DNA of 56,793 bases, from positions 1-56,793 of the forward strand of contig DATCPD010000254.1 of the NCBI GenBank assembly GCA_036564325.1. The letters are read 5' to 3'. Positions 1 to 9,475 of this stretch are shown here, piece after piece (the first letter of the stretch is position 1; every line of letters starts with the position of its first letter). The notes beneath the pieces are model-generated. The model was not told where the DNA came from, ran no database searches, and saw only the letters and a program-made list of their open reading frames with translations. Source of the DNA: Solirubrobacteraceae bacterium (GTDB lineage Bacteria; Actinomycetota; Thermoleophilia; Solirubrobacterales; Solirubrobacteraceae). The translations under genes and the position numbers were made by a program.

Positions 1-1
1 A

Positions 2-127
2 GCCGGCCCGAAGATCGCCGCCGTGAACGGACCAGCCGGGTGGAGCATCTCGCACACGTTCGTGACCGCAGGGACACTCGTCGCGCTCACTGCCACCGTC
101 CTCTTCGTCCTCGTGCTGGTGCAGTAG
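2..127 (+). CDS. 3' end of a truncated CDS, C-terminal transmembrane helix
   Basis: Open frame from nt 2 reads AGPKIAAVNGPAGWSISHTFVTAGTLVALTATVLFVLVLVQ* with GC-rich third positions. Confidence 0.55.
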   Translation, partial: AGPKIAAVNGPAGWSISHTFVTAGTLVALTATVLFVLVLVQ

Positions 128-148
128 TGCACCGTCCGGCAATCTAGC

Positions 149-2434
149 GTGCCGGACCGGGGCGAGATTCCGGTCAAGGAGGTCCTCGAGGCCGACCACG
201 GCCGCTTTGCTCAGACCGTGGCCGTCGCGATCGTCGTGACGACGCTGCTGGCAGCGCTGTGCGGCTACCTGCAGGCGAAATCGCTGCTGCGCAACGACGA
301 TGCCCTGACCCGCGCTCAGCAATGGGGAACGCTGGCCTCCACGGTCACCGACGACAACCGCCAGGCCGAGCAGGTCCTGCTCACGCGCTACCGGCGAGAA
401 CAGGCCGATCGCCAACGGGCGGGGTATGTCGCCGGGCAGCGCCTATGGGGAATCCCCGGTGCGACGACGGAGAATGCGGCCGCGTGGGCGTTGCTGGCCA
501 GCCACGTGGAGCGCGATTCCGTGCAGCTGGCCAAGGACATCGGCACCGAGCTCAGCGGCATCCGGTCACTCAACGAGGCGTCGGTAAAGGAGGTGGCCGC
601 GCTCCACGCGGGCGACGGTGCCGGCTGCCGCGCCGGTCCCTGGGCCGCCCAAACCCCCGGCGCAGTCGCCACCAATCGCCTCGGTGAGTCCCCGGAGCAG
701 GATCCAAATTTCCCTGCGCGGTACATGGCCGACGCTGCGCGCACCGGCTATCAGCTGGACGGGCTGCGAACCGCCGCCGACCGAGAATCGGCCGCCGTGG
801 GCAAGCAGTTCACCCGCTATGCCGTCTCGCTGGCGACGCTGGCAATCGCGGTGTTCCTGCTCGGCTATTCGCTGACCCCGCACGGGCGCCACCATCGCAG
901 GCTGTATGCGCTGGCGGCCGGGGTACTCGTGACGGGAGCCTCGCTATGGGGCGTATACGCCGCCGTCCGCGCGCCGCAGACGGCACCTCCGGAGGCGATG
1001 GCGGCCTACGCCGACGGCCGCGTCGCATACGACCGGGGCGATTACGCCACAGCGATCCGGTACTTCAGCTGCTCGGTCGCCCAGGATCCAGAATTCGCGC
1101 CGTCCTACCAGTGGCGGGCGCTCTCGTACCTGGGTTCCACCCAGACGTCATTTGCCGTCCCGTCGAGCGACCTCAGCCGCGGGATTGGCGATGCCGAGCA
1201 GGCGATCAGCCTCGGTTCGAACGATCCGGAGCTCCTCAATGCCCTCTCCGCGATGCTCTACGTGACGGGCATCCGCCGCCACGACCTTGGGCTGATCGGT
1301 CAAGCCGAGACGTTCATGGCCAGCGCACATCGCGAGTACCCGACCAGTCCGACGATCGCCTTCAACCTGGCCGAAGACAAGCTGGTCCTGGGGCAGTTCT
1401 CGCTTTCTGCCTATCAACGCGCGGAGAGACTCCCCGGGGCCCAGAACTCGTACTACGGGCTGGCCTCGCTCGGTTCGCTCGTCAACGTCGACGCGTCCTC
1501 GTTCGGCACCACGCTGCACGGTCCGGTCACCGCCGCGAAGCAGAGCGTCATCACCGAGCTCAGCGGCGGCAGCTCGCCCGCGGGCACGGAGGCCGCACCC
1601 AACACCGTGCTGGCGAACGGTGGTCCACCGTCGCTGTCGGTGTCGCTTTCCCGTGCCGATGGGACCTCCGACCTCGCCCCCGGACAGTTCGGCATCACCA
1701 TCCCCTCCGGTCACGGCTTCGATCCCCGGCGCGACCGCCTCTATGCCGTGTGGTATCACCGTTCGGGAGCCGCTTGGACGGAGGAGGGCCCCTCCGGCCC
1801 GATCACCGCGGGCACGGCCGAGGCGCTTCACGTCGACCCGAACGGTCAGCTCACCGCGTCGCTGCCCACGCACCAGTGCCTCCCGAACGGCGAGTACAAG
1901 GCTGAGCTGTATGTGAATGGCCGGCTGGCCGGGCAGGCGATCCAGACGCTGCACTCGGATCCGCTGAGCTCGCGCACCCTGGGCGACTTGAACTTCGGCT
2001 ACTGCACCCCCTCCGTCTGGACCAGACCGTCGTCATCGCTGCCCGGTCTGATCGAGGGCAACGTGAGTCCCGCGGGCAACGCCGGCATGATCGTCATTGA
2101 TGCGAGCGCGGACGGGGCCAGGGTTCACTCGTCCCGCGCCGTCCTGCGCGACGTCGTGCAGCGTGTGGGTGCTCTGCTCCCCTCAGGCCTGGCTCACCCC
2201 CAGAACCAGCGGTTGCCCTTCGGTGGCGGCATGTGCGACGCAGACGTCGAGGCGTATTCCTACCGCGGCGGGAGGCTGCTCGCGGGCATCGGCCGAGACG
2301 CCTACGGCCGTGAAATCGCTGGGATCGTCTACGGCCCGCTCAGCACGTTCGCCAGCCCACCCTCCCCGTTCTCGGCACGGGACCTGTTCACCTCAATGGT
2401 CAGCGACAACCCGCGTTGCCTGGCCGGCAGCTGA
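149..2434 (+). CDS. Hypothetical membrane protein with three TM segments, a TPR-like region and a C-terminal soluble domain
   Basis: 761-aa ORF; hydrophobic segments near aa 22-42, 224-242 and 253-272; TPR-like AYADGRVAYDRGDYATAIRYFSCSVAQDPEFAPSYQWRALSY. Confidence 0.7.
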   Translation: MPDRGEIPVKEVLEADHGRFAQTVAVAIVVTTLLAALCGYLQAKSLLRNDDALTRAQQWGTLASTVTDDNRQAEQVLLTRYRREQADRQRAGYVAGQRLWGIPGATTENAAAWALLASHVERDSVQLAKDIGTELSGIRSLNEASVKEVAALHAGDGAGCRAGPWAAQTPGAVATNRLGESPEQDPNFPARYMADAARTGYQLDGLRTAADRESAAVGKQFTRYAVSLATLAIAVFLLGYSLTPHGRHHRRLYALAAGVLVTGASLWGVYAAVRAPQTAPPEAMAAYADGRVAYDRGDYATAIRYFSCSVAQDPEFAPSYQWRALSYLGSTQTSFAVPSSDLSRGIGDAEQAISLGSNDPELLNALSAMLYVTGIRRHDLGLIGQAETFMASAHREYPTSPTIAFNLAEDKLVLGQFSLSAYQRAERLPGAQNSYYGLASLGSLVNVDASSFGTTLHGPVTAAKQSVITELSGGSSPAGTEAAPNTVLANGGPPSLSVSLSRADGTSDLAPGQFGITIPSGHGFDPRRDRLYAVWYHRSGAAWTEEGPSGPITAGTAEALHVDPNGQLTASLPTHQCLPNGEYKAELYVNGRLAGQAIQTLHSDPLSSRTLGDLNFGYCTPSVWTRPSSSLPGLIEGNVSPAGNAGMIVIDASADGARVHSSRAVLRDVVQRVGALLPSGLAHPQNQRLPFGGGMCDADVEAYSYRGGRLLAGIGRDAYGREIAGIVYGPLSTFASPPSPFSARDLFTSMVSDNPRCLAGS

Positions 2435-2445
2435 CGTCGCCGGCC

Positions 2446-2868
2446 CTACCGCGGCTGACGACGCCAGGCGAGCTCGTTCACGATCGTGCCATCGCGACCC
2501 TGCACGGGCGGCGTTCTCAGGACCAGCTCATCACCGGTGTAGGTGAACGGGCGGACCTGTTCGGCCCCCGCCCATTGCGGATAGAGGCTCAGGTCGATCC
2601 GGTGCACCACCTCGTCGTCCCGAAGCTCGTAGGTGCCGATGTAAGCGAGGCACGTCGAATACGCATCGGCCCGGCTCTGCACGTCGCCGCCGAGCGGGTC
2701 GTTGTCCGGCATCGAGGGCCGCTTCGCTGCGGTCAGCGTGACCGCCATCCGCCCGTCGTCCGTATAGACGAGGATGCCCTCGGCGTCTTCGCCGAGCGGA
2801 TAGGTGGTCGTCCCGCCATCCACGATCCTGCGCCATGCGACCAAGGTCCAGGTGCCGGGGAGGTCCAC
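2446..2868 (-). CDS. Lipocalin-like domain protein (Lipocalin_5 type)
   Basis: LPGTWTLVAW...GILVYTDDGRM...AYIGTY...VVHRIDLSLYPQWAG-EQVR...LAWRR; GTG at 2868 chosen for its GAGG SD (ORF track starts at 2910). Confidence 0.8.
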   Translation of the reverse strand: MDLPGTWTLVAWRRIVDGGTTTYPLGEDAEGILVYTDDGRMAVTLTAAKRPSMPDNDPLGGDVQSRADAYSTCLAYIGTYELRDDEVVHRIDLSLYPQWAGAEQVRPFTYTGDELVLRTPPVQGRDGTIVNELAWRRQPR

Positions 2869-3159
2869 TACCACCGCCTCAGACTTGCAGATTTCGGAGC
2901 GACATGTCAAACGGGCACACCGCCGTCACGGCAAACGTCGCCCACGCGGCCGATTCCCATTTTTCTACAAAATCCCGCTTACATTCGCGGGGCGGTCTGA
3001 TAGATTGACCGGCGCTGTTAGGGGGCAGGCTCGAGGCTCGTAGTGGATCACGGACATAGCGGGTCCAAACTCGGATGGGGAGGGTGAGTTGGTGCGTGGC
3101 GGCGGTGCCGAACTTGGCCGAGCCGGATTTTGCCTACACCCGGGCCGGTCAGCTCTGAG

Positions 3160-3615
3160 ATGAGCGACCGTTCTGATCTGTTCCTCGGGCTCTCAGCGCT
3201 TCTGACCGGCTTCAGCCGCGTCCAACTGCTCGGCACCGGGGTGGCGGACGAGTACCTGCGGACGCTCCGGGAGACGTTGCCCCCGGATGTGCTGGACGGT
3301 CTGCTCGACACCTACGAGCGGCTGCCGGGGGGAGACCAGCGCGAGGCCGCGATCTCCTCCGAGATCCTTGGCGACTCGCGGCTCGGACCGGTCGCGCGGA
3401 ACCTCATCCTCCTGTGGTACTGCGGAAGCTGGACGGCGTTGCCCGACGACTGGCGGAAGAGTTACGGGACGTCTCCGCTCGATACCGACCGGGTGATCTC
3501 AGCGGCGTCGTACGTCGCGGGTCTCCAGTGGGTCGCCGCCGGCGCACATCCGGTCGGGGCCCGGCAGCAGGGTTTCGGGGCCTGGGCGTTGGCTCCAGAG
3601 GGAGGGACTGGATGA
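3160..3615 (+). CDS. Small (gamma/chaperone-type) subunit of FAD sugar/sorbitol dehydrogenase family, copy 1
   Basis: FLGLSALLTGF, ARNLILLWYCG, YxxGLQW, C-terminal GFGAWALAP; ATGA overlap with the GMC gene; no twin-arginine leader. Confidence 0.75.
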   Translation: MSDRSDLFLGLSALLTGFSRVQLLGTGVADEYLRTLRETLPPDVLDGLLDTYERLPGGDQREAAISSEILGDSRLGPVARNLILLWYCGSWTALPDDWRKSYGTSPLDTDRVISAASYVAGLQWVAAGAHPVGARQQGFGAWALAPEGGTG

Positions 3616-5402
3616 ACGGCGAAGAGCAGTACGACGTCGTCGTCGTAGGCGCCGGAGTCAACGGCGCGCTGATGGCGAAGTACCTGACACGCGCGAAGCT
3701 GCGGGTGCTCCTGCTCGAGGCGGGTCCCGCTACAGCGGAGAGCTTCGAGGGCTACACCCGGCAGCTCACGCACTTCTACGGCGTGAAGGCCAAGGGGCCA
3801 GAGGCACCGTGGCCACCGGCGGTGGCGGCCCCCCAGCCGGATACGCATGACATCCGGACCGAGGGCGGCTACTTCGTGCAGAAGGGCCCGAACCCGCACG
3901 CCAGCAGCTATACCCGGTACCTGGGCGGATCGACCTTGCACTGGCTCGGCGTGGCCCTCCGAATGCTCCCGGAGGACTTCAAGCTCCGTTCTCGCTACGG
4001 GGTCGGCCGCGATTGGCCGCTCGACTACCGTGATCTCGAGCCGTACTACCGCAAGGCGGAGTTCGACCTCGGTGTCGCGGCGGACGTGGCCGACCAGGCC
4101 CATCTCGGGGTGGAGTTCGCCGAGGGTTACGACTATCCGATGCGCCGGATCCCACCGAGCTATTCGGACCAGATGCTGTCCACCGCTGTCGACGGGATGC
4201 GGGTGAGCCTGGGGGACGAGGAGTTCACCGTCAAGATCCGGAACTACCCTGCCGCACGCAACTCGATCCCTCGCGGAGACTTCATCCCTGACGGCGCCGT
4301 GGATGAGCGCGCCGACGGCCAGGCGCTGGCGCGCGACATCGGGCAGCGGTGCCAGGGCAATACCGCATGCACGCCGATCTGTCCGGTCCAGGCCAAGTAC
4401 AACGCCAACAAGACACTCGCGCAGTCCGAGCGAGAGAACCTCCAGGTTCTGACGCAGGCGGTCGCCTCGAAGGTCAACGTCGATCCGGTCAGCGGAGCCG
4501 TCGAGAGCATCGAGTACCAGCGCTACGAGGACCCCGGCTCGCCGCGTCACACGGTTCACCGGGCAAAGGGCCGCGTCTACGTGCTCGCCGCGCACGCGGT
4601 CGAGAACGCCAAGCTCATGCTGGCCTCCGGGCTCGGCGGGGCGAGCGGCCAGCTCGGCAAGAACCTGATGGATCACCCCTGCCTGTACGCCTGGGGTCTC
4701 ACGCCATCCCCGGCCGGCGCCTTCCGGGGACCCCTCTCCACGGCGGGCGTGGACGATCTTCGGGGCGGGGCATTCCGAGCCGAGCACGCTGCGTTCCGCT
4801 TCGACATCGGCAACGACGGCTGGCGCTCGGCGACAGGCGCGCCGGACACGACCGTCGCCGACGCGGTTAACCAGAAGAAGCTGTTCGGGCGCGAACTGGT
4901 CGAGCATCTGGCCAGCACCCTTTCCCGCCAGATCCGCTTTTCGCTGGCCGTGGAGCAGCTGCCCTCGACGGCCAACAACGTCACGATCGATCCGCAGTAC
5001 CTCGATTCGCTCGGCAACCCGCGGCCGGTGATCAGCTATCAGATCGACGACTACACGCTCGGGGGAATGTCGGCCGCCGCGGAGGTCGCTCGGCAGGTGT
5101 TCGACCGCGCCGGGATAACCGACTGCACGAACTCCGAGGAGGGGACCTGGTTCCCGTCGATCAGCCACGGAGACAAGGTCTTCCACTACCACGGCATGGG
5201 CCACTTCGGCGGTACGCATGCCATGGGGGACTCGCCCGAGACATCGGTGGTGGATGCCGACCAGCGCTCGTGGGAGCATCGGAACCTGTTCATGCTGGGC
5301 TCGGGGAGCTTCCCCACCATGGGAACCTCGAACCCGACGTTGACGATGGCGGCGCTGACTCTGCGCACGGTCGATCGCCTGATCACCGAGCTGAGCTCAT
5401 GA
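3612..5402 (+). CDS. GMC-family FAD dehydrogenase large subunit with Cys cluster, copy 1
   Basis: GAGVNG Rossmann motif, GGSTLHW, CQGNTACTPICP, catalytic His (GHFGGTH) and Asn (TSNPTLT); SD GGAGGG before ATG 3612. Confidence 0.92.
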   Translation: MNGEEQYDVVVVGAGVNGALMAKYLTRAKLRVLLLEAGPATAESFEGYTRQLTHFYGVKAKGPEAPWPPAVAAPQPDTHDIRTEGGYFVQKGPNPHASSYTRYLGGSTLHWLGVALRMLPEDFKLRSRYGVGRDWPLDYRDLEPYYRKAEFDLGVAADVADQAHLGVEFAEGYDYPMRRIPPSYSDQMLSTAVDGMRVSLGDEEFTVKIRNYPAARNSIPRGDFIPDGAVDERADGQALARDIGQRCQGNTACTPICPVQAKYNANKTLAQSERENLQVLTQAVASKVNVDPVSGAVESIEYQRYEDPGSPRHTVHRAKGRVYVLAAHAVENAKLMLASGLGGASGQLGKNLMDHPCLYAWGLTPSPAGAFRGPLSTAGVDDLRGGAFRAEHAAFRFDIGNDGWRSATGAPDTTVADAVNQKKLFGRELVEHLASTLSRQIRFSLAVEQLPSTANNVTIDPQYLDSLGNPRPVISYQIDDYTLGGMSAAAEVARQVFDRAGITDCTNSEEGTWFPSISHGDKVFHYHGMGHFGGTHAMGDSPETSVVDADQRSWEHRNLFMLGSGSFPTMGTSNPTLTMAALTLRTVDRLITELSS

Positions 5403-6457
5403 GCCGCGACCGGCTCAAGGATCTCCTGCAAGCGGCGGTGGAGCTCGAGCTCTCGACGATCCCTCCCTACCTGTGCGCTCTGTACACGATTCGACCGGTC
5501 GGAAACGACGAGGCGAAGCTGGTGATCCGCTCGGTCGTCGTCGAGGAGATGCTGCACATGGTGCTGGCGGCGAACGTGCTCAACGCAATCGGCGGCGAGC
5601 CGCAGGTCACCGGCGATCACGCGCCGCGCTATCCGCACGAGCTCCCCGACGGCGTCGTCCTGCACCTGCTGCCGTTCTCCCCGGAAGCGGTCGACGCGTT
5701 CCTCAAGGTCGAGAATCCAGATCAGAGCTACCAGCCGCTGGCAGCGGACCATCCGCTGCTGGGCGGCCGCCGTCACCAGCACCACCTCGCGCGGTGCGCC
5801 CAGTCGGCGGAAGGCAGCGGCCCCACGACGATCGGCGCCTTCTACCGCGAGATCATCGCGCTGATGGAGCAGGCCGCTGGGCAGATGGGCGAACAGCAAC
5901 TGTTCTGCGGCGACCCGGCCCGACAGGTGGGTAGGGAGTACTACTACGCCGCCGGCGGGCGGTCGATCATCGTCACCGACCTCGCGTCGGCCCGGAACGC
6001 GTTGCAGGAGATCGTCGAGCAGGGCGAGGGCGACATGGGTTCCATCTACGACGACGACGGCGACCTGGCCCACTACTACCGCTTCAAGCAGATCAAGCAC
6101 GGACGCGCATACACCGGCGCCGCTGAGGGCGATCCGACCGGCCCACCCGTCGCCGTCGACTACGACTCGATCTTCGCGATGATCGCCAACCCGCGCAGCG
6201 AGGATTACACGGATCCAGACCTGCGGGCCGCCTCGGACGCAGTCAACCGGACATGGTCGGAGCTCCTGCTCCAGATCGAGGCCTCGTTCAACGGCACGCC
6301 GGAAGCCATGCTGCCGGCCGTGCACAGCATGTTCAAGCTGCGCGATGAGGCGATCGTGCTACTGGCCAACCCGCTTTCCGGCCACGCCGGACGAACCGCG
6401 GGACCGACGTTCGAGTGGGACCCGTCCGCGCAGGCAGACCTCGGGATGCCGCTGTGA
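5399..6457 (+). CDS. Ferritin-like protein (VioB/RebD C-terminal-type family), copy 1
   Basis: ELELSTIPPYLCALY, EEMLHM..AANVLNAIGG, EQGEG, HYYRF motifs; ATGA overlap with GMC 1. Confidence 0.88.
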   Translation: MSRDRLKDLLQAAVELELSTIPPYLCALYTIRPVGNDEAKLVIRSVVVEEMLHMVLAANVLNAIGGEPQVTGDHAPRYPHELPDGVVLHLLPFSPEAVDAFLKVENPDQSYQPLAADHPLLGGRRHQHHLARCAQSAEGSGPTTIGAFYREIIALMEQAAGQMGEQQLFCGDPARQVGREYYYAAGGRSIIVTDLASARNALQEIVEQGEGDMGSIYDDDGDLAHYYRFKQIKHGRAYTGAAEGDPTGPPVAVDYDSIFAMIANPRSEDYTDPDLRAASDAVNRTWSELLLQIEASFNGTPEAMLPAVHSMFKLRDEAIVLLANPLSGHAGRTAGPTFEWDPSAQADLGMPL

Positions 6458-6500
6458 GAGCGCTCGATCGACCCAGGCCGTCGCACGATTGGGGGTTAGC

Positions 6501-8384
6501 GTGATCTTTCCCGAGGGATCGACTCGGAGGACCGACCACAAGGCCGCGTCCGAGACGGTTTACGACGCGGTGATCGTCGGAGCGGGGATCAGCGGCGCGA
6601 TCATCGCCAACGAGCTCAGCCGGGCCGGTAAGCGAGTGCTTGTCCTCGAGGCCGGGCCCGGCGAGGACATGGACATTCCCGGGTACGACGACTACCTGTC
6701 GCGGTTCTATGAGGCGGCGTCGAAGGACAACCAGTCTCCGTTCGCGTCGAACGACAGCGCCCCGATGCCGCGCAGCACGGATGTTCGCCGAATCCGCCCC
6801 GGGCATCCCGACGCCTCGGCCTACTTCGTGCAGAACGGTCCGTTCGCCACCGACACGACCTACACGCGCGCGCTCGGGGGAACGACGCTGCACTGGGAGG
6901 GCAAGACGCTGCGGATGCTTCCCGAGGACTTCGAGTTGCAGACCCGGTACGGCCAGGGCCGGGACTGGCCGGTCAGCTACGACGAGCTCGAGCCCCACTA
7001 CCGCCATGCCGAGCGCGAGATCGGCGTCTCCGCCGACGTCGAGGACCAAGCCTACCTGGGCATCAGCTTCAAGCCCGGCTACGTCTATCCGATGCGGGGC
7101 CTGCCCCTGTCGTATCTGGACAAGGTCGTGGCCAAGGGCGTTGACGGCACCAAGGTCGCGCTCGGCGGCGAGGAATACGAGTTGAAGGTGCGCCCCTTCC
7201 CGCAGGGGAGGAACGGCATCCCGAACCCCGGCTATGACGGAGGGAAGGGCTACCGTCCCGTCGGCGCGGTCAGCACGAACCAGGTCGAGGAGGGAGGGCG
7301 CTGCCAGGGGAACAACAACTGCGTCCCGCTGTGCCCGGTCCAGGCCAAGTACAACGCTCTCAAGACGCTCGCCAAGGCGCTTCAGACGGGACGGGTCGAC
7401 ATTCTCCCGCAGACGGTGGCGAGCAAGGTGAACATTGATCCCGGCAACGGCCGAGTCACTGAGATCGAGTACAAGACGTATCCCGAAGTGAACTCCAAGG
7501 AGTACACGACGGGCACGGTCCGCGGGCGGATCTTCGTGCTCTCAGCCAACGCGATCGAGAACGCCAGGCTGATGCTGGCGTCGGGCCTCACCAGCACGAG
7601 CGGTCTGGTCGGCCGCAACCTGATGGACCACGCCTACCTGCTCGCCTGGGGCCTGCTGCCCGAGGTGGCCGGCACATTCCGGGGCACGATCTGCACCGGC
7701 GGGATCTGCGATCTGCGCGGAGGGACGTTCCGCGGTGAGCAGGCGGGCTTTGCCATCGACATCCATAACGACGGATGGGGCTGGGCGATGGGTTCGCCTT
7801 ATACCGACCTGGTGAACATCGTCGATGACCACAACAAGTTCGGCGCCGATCTGCGCCGTGAGCTGATCGCCCGGATCTCGCATCAGCTTCAGCTGGCGTT
7901 CATGGTCGAGGTGCTGCCAAACGCCAGCAACCGGGTCGCCGTCGACGCGAGCTTCAAGGATCAGCTCGACAACATGCGCCCGGTGATCACCTACAACATC
8001 CCCGACTACTCGATGCGGGGAGTGGCCTACGCGCGCCAGACCTCGCGGCGCATCTTTCAGCGCACGGGAGCGGAGGACTACACCATGTACGACCCCACCG
8101 ACTACGGTTACGCGACCTACGACGGGCAGGGTTACGTGATCCGGGGCGGCAACCATCTGGGCGGCACCCACCTGATGGGTACGACCCCGCGGAACTCGGT
8201 CGTGGACTCCCACCAGCGCGCGTGGGACCACGAGAACCTCTACCTGGTCGGAGGGGGCAGCATGCCGTCGATCGGAACCTCCAACATCACGCTCACGCTG
8301 GCCGCGCTGTGCTTCAGGAGCGCGAGCCACATGATCACCCAGCTCCGCCACGACACCGCGCCGGCCGAAGTCGCCGCCGGCTGA
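6501..8384 (+). CDS. GMC-family FAD dehydrogenase large subunit with Cys cluster, copy 2
   Basis: GAGISG, GGTTLHW, CQGNNNCVPLCP, NHLGGTH, TSNITLT; GTG 6501 after a G-rich SD. Confidence 0.92.
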   Translation: MIFPEGSTRRTDHKAASETVYDAVIVGAGISGAIIANELSRAGKRVLVLEAGPGEDMDIPGYDDYLSRFYEAASKDNQSPFASNDSAPMPRSTDVRRIRPGHPDASAYFVQNGPFATDTTYTRALGGTTLHWEGKTLRMLPEDFELQTRYGQGRDWPVSYDELEPHYRHAEREIGVSADVEDQAYLGISFKPGYVYPMRGLPLSYLDKVVAKGVDGTKVALGGEEYELKVRPFPQGRNGIPNPGYDGGKGYRPVGAVSTNQVEEGGRCQGNNNCVPLCPVQAKYNALKTLAKALQTGRVDILPQTVASKVNIDPGNGRVTEIEYKTYPEVNSKEYTTGTVRGRIFVLSANAIENARLMLASGLTSTSGLVGRNLMDHAYLLAWGLLPEVAGTFRGTICTGGICDLRGGTFRGEQAGFAIDIHNDGWGWAMGSPYTDLVNIVDDHNKFGADLRRELIARISHQLQLAFMVEVLPNASNRVAVDASFKDQLDNMRPVITYNIPDYSMRGVAYARQTSRRIFQRTGAEDYTMYDPTDYGYATYDGQGYVIRGGNHLGGTHLMGTTPRNSVVDSHQRAWDHENLYLVGGGSMPSIGTSNITLTLAALCFRSASHMITQLRHDTAPAEVAAG

Positions 8385-8401
8385 ACGATCGGAAAACGCC
8401 T

Positions 8402-9475
8402 GTGGCCTCGCACAAGATCACCAGCGTCGAGCAGCTGCACACCTACCTCCACGCGGCGATGATGCTCGAACACGGGACGATCCCGCCGTACCTGACGGCG
8501 CTGTACTCGCTTCACCCCGGCAGCAACCCCGACGCCTTCCACGTGATCCGTGTGGTGGCGGTCGAGGAGATGCTCCACCTCACGCTGGCGGCGAACGTGA
8601 TGAACGCCGTCGGGGGCTCGCCAGACCTCACCACCCCCGACTTCGTGCCCGACTATCCGACCTACCTGCCCGATGGCGAAACCGATTTCGAGGTCAGCCG
8701 CCAGGGATTCTCGCGAGAGTGCGTCGAGACCTTTCTGAACATCGAGCGCCCCGGCGAGGCGCCGCACGAAGACGCCAGGCTGATCAGCCGCAAGAACGAC
8801 AGAGGGCAGCATCTGTGCGGGTCACACGTGGAGTCCGAGATGCGGTTCTGGAGCATCGGCGAGTTCTACGAGGAGGTCCGGCGAGGGATCGATTACCTGC
8901 ACGAAGAGATGGGCGACGCGCTGTTCAGTGGCGATCCGGCACGACAGGCCGGCCCCGAGTACTACTACTCCGGCGGAGGGACGCTGATCGCCGTGACCGA
9001 CCTCAAGTCCGCGCGCGCGGCGATGCGCCTGATCGCCGAGCAGGGCGAGGGCTTGCGCGGTGCGATCTATGACGCGGAGCACGAGCTCTCGCACTACTAC
9101 CGCTTCGAGCAGCTCCTGCGCGGGCGCTACTACCAGAGGGGCGACGAGCACGGCAAGCCGACCGGTCCCACGCTCGACGTCGACTGGGACGCCGTCTATC
9201 CGGTCAAGCAGGACGCCACGATCGACGACTTCCCGGAGGGCTCCGAGCTGCGCGCCGCGGGCGTCCAGTTCAACCAGCGCTACGCCGAGTTCCTCGCCCT
9301 TCTGACCCGCGCCTACGGCGGGTCTCCGGAGCTCCTCATCGACGCCGTGGTGGAGATGTTCCGGCTGCGTGACCGGATCGGACAGCTCATGCGTGTCCCG
9401 ATCCCGGGGGCGGACGGCGTCAACGGCGCGCCGACGTTCGAGGTGTCCCGAGTGCCCGGAAGGGTGGAGTCGTGA
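8402..9475 (+). CDS. Ferritin-like protein (VioB/RebD C-terminal-type family), copy 2
   Basis: LEHGTIPPYLTALY, EEMLHL..AANVMNAVGG, EQGEG, HYYRF; GTG start inferred at 8402. Confidence 0.88.
   Translation: MASHKITSVEQLHTYLHAAMMLEHGTIPPYLTALYSLHPGSNPDAFHVIRVVAVEEMLHLTLAANVMNAVGGSPDLTTPDFVPDYPTYLPDGETDFEVSRQGFSRECVETFLNIERPGEAPHEDARLISRKNDRGQHLCGSHVESEMRFWSIGEFYEEVRRGIDYLHEEMGDALFSGDPARQAGPEYYYSGGGTLIAVTDLKSARAAMRLIAEQGEGLRGAIYDAEHELSHYYRFEQLLRGRYYQRGDEHGKPTGPTLDVDWDAVYPVKQDATIDDFPEGSELRAAGVQFNQRYAEFLALLTRAYGGSPELLIDAVVEMFRLRDRIGQLMRVPIPGADGVNGAPTFEVSRVPGRVES

Noticed and set aside
3462-5279. 605-aa antisense ORF, and similar long shadow ORFs (5186-6325, 27616-28959, 37281-38531, 38541-39908)
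   Set aside because: They mirror well-supported genes on the opposite strand, as expected from high-GC codon bias; no recognisable motifs
5399-9475. Violacein/indolocarbazole biosynthesis suggested by VioB/RebD-like domains
   Set aside because: Only the short ferritin-like domain is present; no VioA/RebO amino-acid oxidase, full-length VioB or tryptophan-related genes
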